64,000 nucleotides of DNA from Promethearchaeota archaeon (GCA_016839765.1 JAEOTP010000015.1:1-64000); one strand, 5' to 3'. Positions 31,266 through 41,826 are shown, numbered from the stretch's first letter. Notes: generated by a model not told the origin, from the letters alone. A program made the numbers and translations.

Positions 31266-31411
31266 AAATCGCGCTTAAGAAACTAATTTTTTTTTAATCT
31301 AACGATTTTTTTAAAAAAAACTTCAATTTGAGGGAAGCTTAGCAAGAAATCCGCGTCTTTAAAGAGAGGGTTAAGTGAATTTTTAAATAGTAAAAAAGTT
31401 ATTTATTGCAT

Positions 31412-31691
31412 ATGAGAAGCGACGTCTTAACTTTAGAGGGTGTGAAGATTAATAATACAATTGAGAGATTTATCAATTATTTTCAACCTAGCGGTAAATT
31501 CACAGATGCTACAGGCACTATCCATGTATTTTAGAGCGGGATCAACTATTGCATCGACAGTAATTTTTGAACAAAAGGATCAAAGTACCTTGGTAATTCA
31601 TATGGCGGTAGCTGGAGGAGGCGCAACCATATTTTCTGGGAATGCTAAGAAATCTATGCTTAAGAAGTTAAGAAACTTCTTATTAGAATAA
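31412..31691 (+). pseudogene. Frameshifted small gene (or +1 recoded gene)
   Basis: ATG 31412 frame ends TTT-TAG at 31534; protein-like sequence continues in the +1 frame to 31691. Confidence 0.5.
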
Positions 31692-31697
31692 ATGAAT

Positions 31698-32264
31698 TCA
31701 GAACTCCTTTAATCTGTGTACGATATTCCATTCTTTAACAAGTTTAGCTACACTAGAAGGTACAAAATGTTCCCACGATTCCCCTTTTATCATAGCGTCC
31801 CGAATCTCGCTACCATTTAATCCTTTTTTCTCCAATGGACCTTCCCATAGGACGTGAATTTTTAAGCCTAATTTCTCAAAATATTTTCTTTTTTGGCGCC
31901 CCCAATCATCGTAAATTGTAAGAAAGAATATTGCATCCATCGGAACATAAAATTTGACAAGTTCTGGAAGATTAATTGGAAATGGAACGATTGAAAATTC
32001 AGATAATTTTAAACCTTTTTCCAATAATGCTTCTCGTATCATTACATAACGTTCATAGTAAGTCAATGGATTGGCTAAAGAAGTGCTTCGATGTGGATTC
32101 GATTTATGGTCTTTAGTTAAGAAGGGATCAGGATTTGTAATCCCTACAATAAGGTGTTTACATAATTCTTTTCCTGCTAATAGATATTTCACATGGTCAT
32201 TATGGAGTATCTGGAATCTTCCATGAATCACGCCAATATCGTAAACTGATTCCTTATCTTGCAT
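31698..32264 (-). CDS. Nicotinamide/nicotinate-nucleotide adenylyltransferase-like (HxGH superfamily)
   Basis: HGRFQILHNDH, NPLTYYER, GSEIR..M..GESWEHFVP. Confidence 0.85.
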   Translation of the reverse strand: MQDKESVYDIGVIHGRFQILHNDHVKYLLAGKELCKHLIVGITNPDPFLTKDHKSNPHRSTSLANPLTYYERYVMIREALLEKGLKLSEFSIVPFPINLPELVKFYVPMDAIFFLTIYDDWGRQKRKYFEKLGLKIHVLWEGPLEKKGLNGSEIRDAMIKGESWEHFVPSSVAKLVKEWNIVHRLKEF

Positions 32265-32430
32265 CTAATCATAAGAATTATTTTGTTTTAGCGTAAATCG
32301 AATAATTCAAAAGATAATAATAATCTTTTTATTTAGAGGTTTCATAATCACTATTTTTTCAGGCTTTTACTATTTATAAATTCTGATATAATTTTTATTT
32401 TATAACTGAGTGAGGTTTTCTGGTTTTTAA

Positions 32431-33624
32431 ATGTCAGCTAAAAATTCATTTTTTACGCTATATGGAGATTTCAACAAAAACAAAAGTAAAAATCAAGATA
32501 CCACAATATTTATCCACGCAAGTGACATTCATTTGGGGAGTCATCAATATAGAAATGAATATCGAGCAGACGATTTTATTAGAGCTTTTCAAGAAATTTT
32601 TTGTGTTTCAATAATTCATCATGCAGATTTTATACTATTAGGTGGGGATGTTTTTACATCTTTAGAAATGCTTCCTGGAAAGTTGACTAAGATTATAAAT
32701 ATATTAACAGAATTCAAAGATTATACTGGTGGAACAATTCCTATTATAGCGATAGAAGGAAATCATGATATTCGGAAATTTTCAAGGGGAGTAAAGTTTT
32801 CTAAGCGTGGACAGTCATGGTTGAAACTTTTACTTAATTTAGATTTACTTATTCTTCTTGATGGTAATATGGAGGCACCTCCAAATTCAATTTACTTACC
32901 TTATGACTCTAAGCATAAAAAGGGAGGCAAAATCCAAATTAAAAATACCATCATTTATGGTAATCATTATCTTGGTGAAGATCCAGAGGAATATATTCCG
33001 AAGATAACAAAAGCAATAGAAAAAAAGGAGAATTTTTTTTACATTCTTTTACAACATTTTGGAATCGAAGGACAAATGAAAAATGTACCAGGAATTAATT
33101 ATAATAAATTGCTTTCATTAAGAGAAAAAGTTGATTATCTAGCTTTAGGACATTATCATTTACAATTTATCTTAGATGATTGGGTTTATAATCCCGGGTC
33201 TACCGAGGCAGCTTGTTCGGTTGATTCTAATTTTAAAAGAGGAGTCTTTATTGTTAAAATAACGGGAAAAAAACACTATGAAAAAAAAGTTTATTCTCTT
33301 AGATTAATTAATAGAAAAAATATCTGGAAAACCATTTATTTCCCTTATTCTTTTAAAAATAAAGAGGACATTAAAAATTACATAACTAAAAATCTAAAAG
33401 TAGAAATGAATAGATCAGGAGATGAACTTGATCTTTCAAATCCTGAAATACCTATGCTATATCTTGTATTAAAGGGCTGGAAACCATTATTAAAATATAA
33501 ATTGAATGAAAGAGATTTGAAAGCAGAAATCTTAAAATCTCTACGTGTAGTTGATGTAAAAATTTATCAAAAATTTTCTGATCCTATAAAAAATCTAAAT
33601 GACTTTCTTAATATTACATCATAA
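32431..33624 (+). CDS. Mre11/SbcD-like metallophosphoesterase nuclease
   Basis: SDIHLG, GGDVF, EGNHD, QHFG, YLALGHYH, NPGSTE. Confidence 0.85.
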   Translation: MSAKNSFFTLYGDFNKNKSKNQDTTIFIHASDIHLGSHQYRNEYRADDFIRAFQEIFCVSIIHHADFILLGGDVFTSLEMLPGKLTKIINILTEFKDYTGGTIPIIAIEGNHDIRKFSRGVKFSKRGQSWLKLLLNLDLLILLDGNMEAPPNSIYLPYDSKHKKGGKIQIKNTIIYGNHYLGEDPEEYIPKITKAIEKKENFFYILLQHFGIEGQMKNVPGINYNKLLSLREKVDYLALGHYHLQFILDDWVYNPGSTEAACSVDSNFKRGVFIVKITGKKHYEKKVYSLRLINRKNIWKTIYFPYSFKNKEDIKNYITKNLKVEMNRSGDELDLSNPEIPMLYLVLKGWKPLLKYKLNERDLKAEILKSLRVVDVKIYQKFSDPIKNLNDFLNITS

Positions 33625-33692
33625 TTGATTGGATTTAGACTTAATAATATAAAATTAGATCTTTTTAAACAACAATAATTAAAAATTTAATT

Positions 33693-35309
33693 ATGGCATT
33701 AAAGGCTTTTCTTAAAAAAAATAAATTTTTCAGCATTATAACGTTAGTTTTTACTATTTGGATTTTATTTCTGATAATTTTAGCCATATTTAATAGGAGA
33801 AATGTGATATTTTGGGAAAATATCTCTAATACTGATGTTTCTTCGGAATACTTAAGTGTTTTACCTCCCTTAAGGTATATTTTAGAACCAATTGCTCAAT
33901 TATCATTTATTTTAGAAATGGAGTTCTCTTGGTTATTTATTGTTATCATAATATACCCCATTTTACGAATAATATATTTAATTTTAAGGAAAAAAGGAAT
34001 AATTCATTCTAAAAAACTTAGATTGATAAAAAACCCGTTAGTAGATGTCATTAGATTTTCTTATAAAGTTTTAATGCTAACCATATTGGTTATTGGGTTA
34101 ATAATTCTTGCAGGTTATTTAATTCAAGGATATTTTTTTGTTAGCAGGTATTTTATGATTCCTGTTCAAATTGGAGTTCATTTATGTATCATTCTTATTA
34201 TAATTAAGACGTTATATGTTTTAATTAAATTATTCCATCCTAGACTTCAGTGCAACTATTCCAAGAAAAGAAAAAAAAAAGTAAAAAAGAGAATTAAAAG
34301 AAGATCTTTAAAATCTATAAAAAGAGAATTTGTTTATTTAGTTGGAGTTTGTTCCTTACTTTTGGGTATCAATATTTTATTAATTTCAATACCCTTTCCT
34401 ACACATAGAATAGTACCTATCGTTCCTCTTGATGATGATGAATTTTTATTTGATTTTCATGTTCATACTACTTATTCAGATGGTTGGCTTACTCCAGAAG
34501 AGAGAGTTCTTTGGTATATAGAACAAGGAATTTCAGGTGCAGCATTTTCTGATCACGACAACATAAGAGGAGCGTCAGCGGCTCAAAATTTTGTCGAAGT
34601 GAATGGACTTCAATTTATAGTTTTCATGGCTGAGGAATGGACTGATAATGAAAACGGTATTCATATGAATTATTTTGGGATTGCAGAAGAATTAGTCCCA
34701 CTTCAATCTTATACTCCTGGAGGCCCTACAGCTAAGAATGCTCAAGATACTATAGCTTATGTAAAGGCTAATGGAGGATATATTACCGTAAATCATTATA
34801 ACGCCGATCCTAATCCAAATGGAGGAGTCGGTGTCCCATATAATTTGACTCAGTTAAGAGATTGGGGCGTCGATGGTTTTGAAATTATTAATGGTGGTAG
34901 TTATGGAGGTAAATATCAAGATATAAGAAATTTTACTCTCTCAAACAATTTAATATGCATAGGAGGAAGTGATATCCACACAAATGAACCATTAAACACG
35001 TTCATTAAGATAAAATTATCTGATCCAACGAATTTAACAATTACAAATATCTTTGAAACTATGAAAACAAATTCAACTCATGAAGTAATTGGTATAAAGT
35101 TAAATCCTAAAGCAGTTGATTTCCCTGGTGATCTAAATGATTTTGGGTTTTATGTAATTGAAGATTTTATCAATTATTTTCTAAATGTTGATGTGTACCA
35201 GTCATTATCATGGATCATATGGTCTGGAGCAGTATATATTATAATCTTTCTGTCTTATAGAAAAATTAAAAAAGTAGACATAGCTTTTTTAAAACGTAAA
35301 ATCTTATAA
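33693..35309 (+). CDS. Membrane-anchored PHP-domain phosphoesterase
   Basis: DFHVHTTYSDG, SDHD, EE, NH, GGSDIH; multiple N-terminal TMs and one C-terminal TM. Confidence 0.85.
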   Translation: MALKAFLKKNKFFSIITLVFTIWILFLIILAIFNRRNVIFWENISNTDVSSEYLSVLPPLRYILEPIAQLSFILEMEFSWLFIVIIIYPILRIIYLILRKKGIIHSKKLRLIKNPLVDVIRFSYKVLMLTILVIGLIILAGYLIQGYFFVSRYFMIPVQIGVHLCIILIIIKTLYVLIKLFHPRLQCNYSKKRKKKVKKRIKRRSLKSIKREFVYLVGVCSLLLGINILLISIPFPTHRIVPIVPLDDDEFLFDFHVHTTYSDGWLTPEERVLWYIEQGISGAAFSDHDNIRGASAAQNFVEVNGLQFIVFMAEEWTDNENGIHMNYFGIAEELVPLQSYTPGGPTAKNAQDTIAYVKANGGYITVNHYNADPNPNGGVGVPYNLTQLRDWGVDGFEIINGGSYGGKYQDIRNFTLSNNLICIGGSDIHTNEPLNTFIKIKLSDPTNLTITNIFETMKTNSTHEVIGIKLNPKAVDFPGDLNDFGFYVIEDFINYFLNVDVYQSLSWIIWSGAVYIIIFLSYRKIKKVDIAFLKRKIL

Positions 35310-35331
35310 CTAATTTTATCTTTTTTTTTGT

Positions 35332-35787
35332 TTAAATATAGTAAAAAGTTTTGTCATCATCGTATTTATCTTTATCATCGTCATTCTCGTCATCATCGTC
35401 ATTTAGAAATTTTTTTGACAGTAATTTTAAAATTTCTTCTGGATCCATGTCAGGGTCAAAATCTTTTAAATCATTTAAGTTTATTGGGATTATCCCACCT
35501 TTTTTAAATGGAATCATACCTGCCTTTATTTCTTTTTCTATTTTTTGTTGCTTTCTAGCATTTAAAGCTAACTCTTTTTTCATTAATTCGCTTAACTGGT
35601 CGGCCACAAGTTCATCCAATTCTTCTGGTCTTAGATTTAGAAGTACTTCTTCGCTATAAAGTCTAGTAAGTCTTTTAATAGCCTTTAGTTTCTTATATTC
35701 GGGTATTTGGTTAATGGATTTCAAGCCTAAAAGGTTAATTATATTCAACCAATCCAGTTGATAAGTCCAAGGTTCTGTTTCTGACAT
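35332..35787 (-). CDS. Hypothetical protein with acidic C-terminal tail
   Basis: 151-aa ORF, ATG start, host-like composition. Confidence 0.75.
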   Translation of the reverse strand: MSETEPWTYQLDWLNIINLLGLKSINQIPEYKKLKAIKRLTRLYSEEVLLNLRPEELDELVADQLSELMKKELALNARKQQKIEKEIKAGMIPFKKGGIIPINLNDLKDFDPDMDPEEILKLLSKKFLNDDDDENDDDKDKYDDDKTFYYI

Positions 35788-35954
35788 TTTATTATATAAA
35801 ATTAGTTATCAAATTTTGAAATTTTGGATGCTAGATAAATGTTTATCTTTTTCTTAAAGAAGAAAATTTATCGATATAAATTTATGGTTTGTAATCTATT
35901 AAATGTTTTCACCATTATGTTTTAAAATTATAAAGAAAAAATTTTTAATCTGCT

Positions 35955-36803
35955 TTAATTTTTGAAGAACTTCTGAAAATTTGCTACAATTAGTTCGGGT
36001 TTATCATGCATAACCCAATGAGAAGCATCTATCTTAACAACTATAAGATGCTTAACATATTCAGATAATCCATCTAAAACTTGAGGTAGTACCGCCTTAT
36101 CTTGCATACCATGAATGACTAAGGTTGGTAGGCTGATAATTCCTGTCCAATCATCAAAATTAAGATTTGCCCTATAATAATTGACACCACTTAATATTGC
36201 GTTCGGTTGAGACCAGGCATCTAAATATTTTTGTTTATCAGTTTCGGTAAAATCTTTTTTATTAATCAATCCTTCAAAAACGGCCCATTTTAACCACTTA
36301 TAATCATTTTCGTAAAGGAATTTTTCCCCATCTGGTTTAAGGAATTCAAAAATATAATAACTGGCTTTCTGTTGGTCCTTATCAGTTCTTAATTTTTCTT
36401 GCCAAATTTTTGGATGGGGGCCATTTAGTATTGCAAGCTTTTTAACCTTTTTTGGATATTTTTCAGCAAAAGCCCATGATATAAGTGCTCCCCAATCGTG
36501 TCCTGCGAGAAAAAAACTACCTAAATTTAATTTTTCGCTTAAAGCATGTATGTCATCAACTAAAAGTTCAATTCTATACTTCCGAATGCCTTTTGGTTTA
36601 TCTGATAAATTATATCCCCTTAAATCAGGAATTATCAGTTCAAAATAATCCTTAAGCTTAGGGATTATATTTTTCCAACCATACCAGAAATCAGGAAAAC
36701 CATGAAGTAATAATAGAGGTTCTCCAGATCCGATAAAGACTGTGTGTAGTTTAATACCATTTACAGATATATATTTTTCTTCTATCTCCTTTAACCAATC
36801 CAT
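35955..36803 (-). CDS. Alpha/beta hydrolase (epoxide hydrolase family)
   Basis: LHGFPDFWYGW, PDLRGYNLSDKP, GHDWGA, NYYRA, SHWV. Confidence 0.92.
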   Translation of the reverse strand: MDWLKEIEEKYISVNGIKLHTVFIGSGEPLLLLHGFPDFWYGWKNIIPKLKDYFELIIPDLRGYNLSDKPKGIRKYRIELLVDDIHALSEKLNLGSFFLAGHDWGALISWAFAEKYPKKVKKLAILNGPHPKIWQEKLRTDKDQQKASYYIFEFLKPDGEKFLYENDYKWLKWAVFEGLINKKDFTETDKQKYLDAWSQPNAILSGVNYYRANLNFDDWTGIISLPTLVIHGMQDKAVLPQVLDGLSEYVKHLIVVKIDASHWVMHDKPELIVANFQKFFKN

Positions 36804-37037
36804 TTTAATCCTACAATATAAATGATTATTCTAATTTTGAATAGTCTTATTAATTAAAAAACAATCGGCTTATAATTCAAAAATTTTCGTTTAAAAATTG
36901 GACTCTATAAATAGAGATCAGAGACAACAGAGGTTGTCAATTCTTAAATAAAATATGTGATAAAGAATTTTAAAAAATAAAATTTTCAATAAAAAGTAAC
37001 ATTAAAATATAGTCAACAAAAAAAACTTTTAATTGTT

Positions 37038-37247
37038 CTATTCAAAATAATTTCTGAAAGATTCTTCAAAATCATCAACCGATTCACTATTCAATTCAGC
37101 AAATTTGTAGCGTCCCCGGGGTAGATTTTTCTTTTCCTTAAAATGTTTTTTAAAAGAACTCTCAAAATCACTTGCACTCATACTATTTTCTTCTGCGAAT
37201 TTAATTTCACCAAAATTTTTCAGATATTCTGGATCTGGTTTACTCAT
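37038..37247 (-). CDS. Small protein made of two internal repeats
   Basis: GAGGT SD before ATG; KFAEENSMSASDFESSFKKHF and KFAELNSESVDDFEESFRNYF. Confidence 0.75.
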   Translation of the reverse strand: MSKPDPEYLKNFGEIKFAEENSMSASDFESSFKKHFKEKKNLPRGRYKFAELNSESVDDFEESFRNYFE

Positions 37248-37724
37248 TTTTTTTTCTTACCTCGTAACTTTTGTAAAATTTTTGTTCAAATAATTATTTA
37301 TATAATTAGAATACTAATGCATAATCATCTATTTAAACCTTTTCATACAATTAAACAATTAAAATTATTATAAATCTATATTCGGAAAAGATTCCCACTT
37401 ATATGTTATTGAATTTATTGAGAAATGAGTTATTTTTTTCAAATTGTAATAATTCTACTTGCTTATCTTCGAATATTAGATATATATTGATAAAATTAAT
37501 ATCTCAAAATAATAATTTCATTTCAAAATTTGAAGATTTTATAAAATTTTCATAAAGTGAATTTGGAGGTTTATACAATGATGTAATCAATTTCAATTAA
37601 TTTATTAACAAAATCCAAAATCATGAGAACAACCCAAAAACAATAAATATGAGAATATAAATTTATAATAAAAAACGTAATTATCAATGTTTTTGGAAAA
37701 TTCTTCTTGTTATAGGGGCTTAAG

Positions 37725-38672
37725 ATGAGTAGAAAAATAGAAGATAAAACTTATTTAAATTATTTATTGCAATCTCTAAATGTAGATGATTTGAAACAAA
37801 TATGTAGAGATTTCAATATCAAAGGATTTTCTAAATGGAAAAAAGTAGAAATAATTGAAAATATTCTGAGCTTTTTATCTGAAGAAGAACAGAAAGAATT
37901 AATTAAAGAAAAAGAATTAGATATTATCTCAGATTCGCTGGATCTTGCAATTAAGAAAATTAAAGGGATAGAAAGAGAAAAATTAAGCGCAATTAGGATA
38001 GCGAATGAAGAAGAACATTTAGTTGAGATTGATTTCGAAGGTTTTAATTGGAATAGTTCCTCTTATTTAGCTATTAATCCACAAAATATTGATAACCCAG
38101 AAAGAGATTGTGATTGCCGTATTGGAGCTAATATGGGATTTTGTAGCCATTTTTGGGTAGGATTTATTTTATCATTAAAACGAAACTATTTTCAATTAAA
38201 AGATTGGACATTGACAATTTTACCAGAAGATTTCGAAAAGAAAATTCAAAATATAGAAATCTCAGTTATTTTAGGTGAACAAGATAAAGCAGAAGTTTTA
38301 ACTTTGGTAGATACCAGTTCCGAGGATGCTGAATTAATAAAACATCTTGATCAAAGTATCACTGTTTATGAAGGGGAACTTGTTAAAATGGAAAAGAAAC
38401 AACAACAATTTCAAGATATTGTTACCAATTATTATTTGGGAGCATTGAATGACGTTCGATTTGGTCCAAGAATTCAAAAAAAAAGTGATTTTAAAGAGGA
38501 AGAGATTGAAACTATTGCCGAATTAAATATTCGAATAAGTGAAAAATTATTTGAAGAACTTAATTTAAGAGAAGGAGACAAAATAACTACAAATGGTAAA
38601 TTAACTAGAGATGATTTTTTAAAGTTATATGTTGTAAAGAATATCAGAAAAATCACTAAAATTAATGATTGA
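37725..38672 (+). CDS. SWIM zinc-finger protein with N-terminal helix-extension-helix-like segment
   Basis: CDC-x8-CSH SWIM motif; LNVDDLKQICRDFNIKGFSKWKKVEII resembles HeH/Rho-N. Confidence 0.7.
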   Translation: MSRKIEDKTYLNYLLQSLNVDDLKQICRDFNIKGFSKWKKVEIIENILSFLSEEEQKELIKEKELDIISDSLDLAIKKIKGIEREKLSAIRIANEEEHLVEIDFEGFNWNSSSYLAINPQNIDNPERDCDCRIGANMGFCSHFWVGFILSLKRNYFQLKDWTLTILPEDFEKKIQNIEISVILGEQDKAEVLTLVDTSSEDAELIKHLDQSITVYEGELVKMEKKQQQFQDIVTNYYLGALNDVRFGPRIQKKSDFKEEEIETIAELNIRISEKLFEELNLREGDKITTNGKLTRDDFLKLYVVKNIRKITKIND

Positions 38673-38781
38673 TCCTATAAAATAAATCAATATTAATTTT
38701 ATATTTATACAATATTAATAATATGAATTTTTATCGTTATGATTCTATTTTATGTTTGAATAATATTGTTGAAAAAAAATC

Positions 38782-40161
38782 ATGAAAAATATAAATTCTG
38801 GTTATATTGATGATTTTAATATGATCTTAGCGACAGATTTTTATCAATTAACTATGAGTGCTGCTTATTACCAGTATAATCTTGAAAATAATATTAATGA
38901 AAATGACGAAAAAGCCTCTTTTGAATTATTTATAAGGCAATATCCGAAAAATCGTAATTATTTAATTTTTGCTGGTTTAGAACAAGCGATATATTATTTA
39001 TTAAATGCCAGATTTACTGAAAGGACTATAGAATTTTTAAGAAAAAAAGAAGTATTCAAAAATTTAGATTCAAGTTTCTATGATGTTTATTTACCGAATT
39101 TTAAATTTAAGTTAAATGTCTGGTCGATGAAAGAAGGAGACTACTTTTTTCCAAATGAACCAATAATGAGAATCCAAGGACCAATGATTCATGCTCAACT
39201 TGCTGAAACCTTTTTACTTAACGTGATCAATTATCAAACATTAGTTGCATCTAAAGCATCAAGAGTAAGAAATATAGCCCCAAATAAAGTCTTACTTGAG
39301 TTTGGAACAAGAAGGTCCCATAGTCCGCTTGCTGGAGTGTATGCCGCTAGAGCTAGTTACATAGCTGGTTTTGATGGTACAAGTAATGTAATAGCTGATC
39401 TTGAACTTGGAATTAATTCAACAGGAACGATGGCTCATAGTTTCGTTCAAAGATTTAATAGTGAGATTGAAAGTTTTAACACGTATTATGATATTTACAA
39501 AGAAAATTCAATTTTTTTAATTGATACATATGACACTGAAGAAGGTGCTCGAAAATCCTGCAAATTCGGCAATAAAATTAGAGGGGTTAGAATTGACTCA
39601 GGTAATCTTATCGATCACGCCAAAAAAGTTCGAAATATCTTGGATAAGGAAGGCTGTGATAAAGTTTTAATCGTTGCAAGTTCAGATTTGAATGAATACA
39701 AAATAAAGGAAATTCTTGATAATAAGGCACCAATAGATGCTTTCGGCATAGGGACTGAATTAGCAACTTCAAGAGACGATCCTACAATTTCTGGGGTATA
39801 TAAACTAATAGAATATAATGATGCTCCAAAGATTAAAGTTAGCGAGGAAAAATTAACTTATCCTGGAATTAAACAAATAGATAGGATATTTGATAGAAGT
39901 GGAATATTTAAAGAAGACATATTAAGATTGGATGAGGAATTTGAAGTTCCTAATTCAAAACCATTATTAATACCTATAATGATGGATGGGAAATTAATTT
40001 ATGATTTGCCCAAGATAGATGAAATCCGCCAATACTACTTGAAAAATATGGAAACCCTACCCAAGGGGTATAAAGTATTGAAAGAGAACCATCTATTTAG
40101 GCTAAAAATTTCACAAAAATTAGAAAGTTTGACAGAATCATTGAAAGGAAAGTATGACTAA
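38782..40161 (+). CDS. pncB: Nicotinate phosphoribosyltransferase
   Basis: TDFYQLTM, EFGTRRSH, GTMAHSFV, LIDTYD, VRIDSG, GVYKL. Confidence 0.95.
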   Translation: MKNINSGYIDDFNMILATDFYQLTMSAAYYQYNLENNINENDEKASFELFIRQYPKNRNYLIFAGLEQAIYYLLNARFTERTIEFLRKKEVFKNLDSSFYDVYLPNFKFKLNVWSMKEGDYFFPNEPIMRIQGPMIHAQLAETFLLNVINYQTLVASKASRVRNIAPNKVLLEFGTRRSHSPLAGVYAARASYIAGFDGTSNVIADLELGINSTGTMAHSFVQRFNSEIESFNTYYDIYKENSIFLIDTYDTEEGARKSCKFGNKIRGVRIDSGNLIDHAKKVRNILDKEGCDKVLIVASSDLNEYKIKEILDNKAPIDAFGIGTELATSRDDPTISGVYKLIEYNDAPKIKVSEEKLTYPGIKQIDRIFDRSGIFKEDILRLDEEFEVPNSKPLLIPIMMDGKLIYDLPKIDEIRQYYLKNMETLPKGYKVLKENHLFRLKISQKLESLTESLKGKYD

Positions 40162-40299
40162 TTTAAATAATAAGAGTGATAATTTAAAAGAAAAATCATT
40201 GTTTAAGTTATTTTTTTTAAGAAGTATTTTTAATATCTGATTTACCCAATTATTTCATTAATTTAAATTTATGATTAAAGGTGAGAAACTAATAACTAG

Positions 40300-41242
40300 A
40301 TGAGAATCCTGTACAAAGTATAATCACACCGCCTTTTTGCTTATAATACTAGTAGGATTGCTTTTTTCAACACTATCTATTCCAGCTAAAGGACAAGAAT
40401 TGATATGGTATGATGATTTTTACGATATAAATCACATTGAATATTTTATTGAATTCTACCCAGATAGAAATGGATATTCGACAACGAAATATGCTATGGA
40501 ATTAAATAAAATCACCGAAGGAGATAATACTAATTTAATGGTTGATATATATTACAATGACTTAGATTTAACCTATACTAATGATGATTTCTTTTACACA
40601 ATATCTCTTAAAACCCGTGAAATATTAGATACAAGTGATAATATTTATGATATTTACTTTAATGGAACATATACAGAATTATTCTTGAATCTTTCGAATA
40701 TAGGAAATCCACAATTATTTCGAATAGATGAGAATGTTGTATTCACCGATTATTTAACAAGGGGTTTTTCATTAGGATTATTCAAAATAAATACCGAATT
40801 TAACTACATTGAAGAAGTAATATATAACGAGAATTTATTGCTTAATTTTACAACTTACCATTATTCGACAACATATACATGGAGTGGACTTGGGATAGCT
40901 TGAGATTCATTCGCATCTTGGATGTTAGAAGCTGATTATTTTTTCGATAAAATTACTGGTCTTTTAATAGCCGAAACTTTACATGTTCATCGATGGGACT
41001 ATAAAGATAATAAGCCACAATATGAGCAATACGATTATCATTCTTTTAACCGCAAATTAGCAATGGTTAATTCACAAATCATTTTGAAAGATTACCAAAA
41101 AATCGTAAAAGGAGATAATATTTACCTGCTAGAAAGCATATATTGGATAATATCTATAGGAATTATTGTTTCTATTACTATACTTTACGGTATTTTGAAG
41201 AGATCAAAAATTAACATAAAGACCAAGGAGAACCTACGATGA
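40300..41242 (+). pseudogene. Disrupted secreted/surface protein (signal peptide and C-terminal TM)
   Basis: ORFs 40337-40903 and 40922-41242 are in the same frame separated by one TGA; ATG 40300 is out of frame by 1 nt with the signal-peptide h-region. Confidence 0.6.
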
Positions 41243-41386
41243 ATCTACTATAATAAATTATAGATAGTAGAAGAGTGAAAGGATGCACCTTTCAAACTCC
41301 TTATTATTAATACTAAATTAATTTTATAAATTAGTTCTGAATATTATCTATTATTCAAACTAAACAACTTTTAGAGGTAAAAGATA

Positions 41387-41677
41387 TTGAGTGAAAAACC
41401 AAAATTAGGTTATCGAATTATTGGAACAATAAAAAGTGTGAAAGGTACCTGTTCAGCAGGTCATAAAGTGGGGGATCAAATAGAATTGAGCGGGTATGGC
41501 TCCAATCCACAATTGTGTGGGTTTTTTTATCACGATATCTTCCCATATATAATAATGCTCCAATTTGGGGGAGGATTTCCTTCAGATTGGGGCGGAGATC
41601 CTGATGTTGTGGAGCTAACGTGTATAGATAAAGTAAATGCGGTGACAATAGAATTAAAAAGAATCAAGGAGGATTAA
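41387..41677 (+). CDS. TIGR04076-like small Cys protein
   Basis: VKGTCSAGHKVGD, LCGFFYHDIFPYI..LQFGG.F..W, C.D. Confidence 0.75.
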   Translation: MSEKPKLGYRIIGTIKSVKGTCSAGHKVGDQIELSGYGSNPQLCGFFYHDIFPYIIMLQFGGGFPSDWGGDPDVVELTCIDKVNAVTIELKRIKED

Positions 41678-41826
41678 ATAAAGTTTAATTAAATGAATAT
41701 TGATTTATTCAAATTTCCTTTTTACCTAATATTTAAACGAATGTTTTATTACAGATAACTTTTTAATCTTTCATCTCTGGATGATTATTAATACACTTAA
41801 TTTTTACTAGGGAGTGAGGTATGTAT

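Noticed and set aside
35351-35410. TCATCG-like repeats
   Set aside because: Encode the Asp-rich tail of the minus-strand protein, not a DNA repeat element
37565-37586. GGAGGT SD followed by ATG-ATG-TAA mini-ORF
   Set aside because: Could be a uORF or gene relic, but too short to separate from chance
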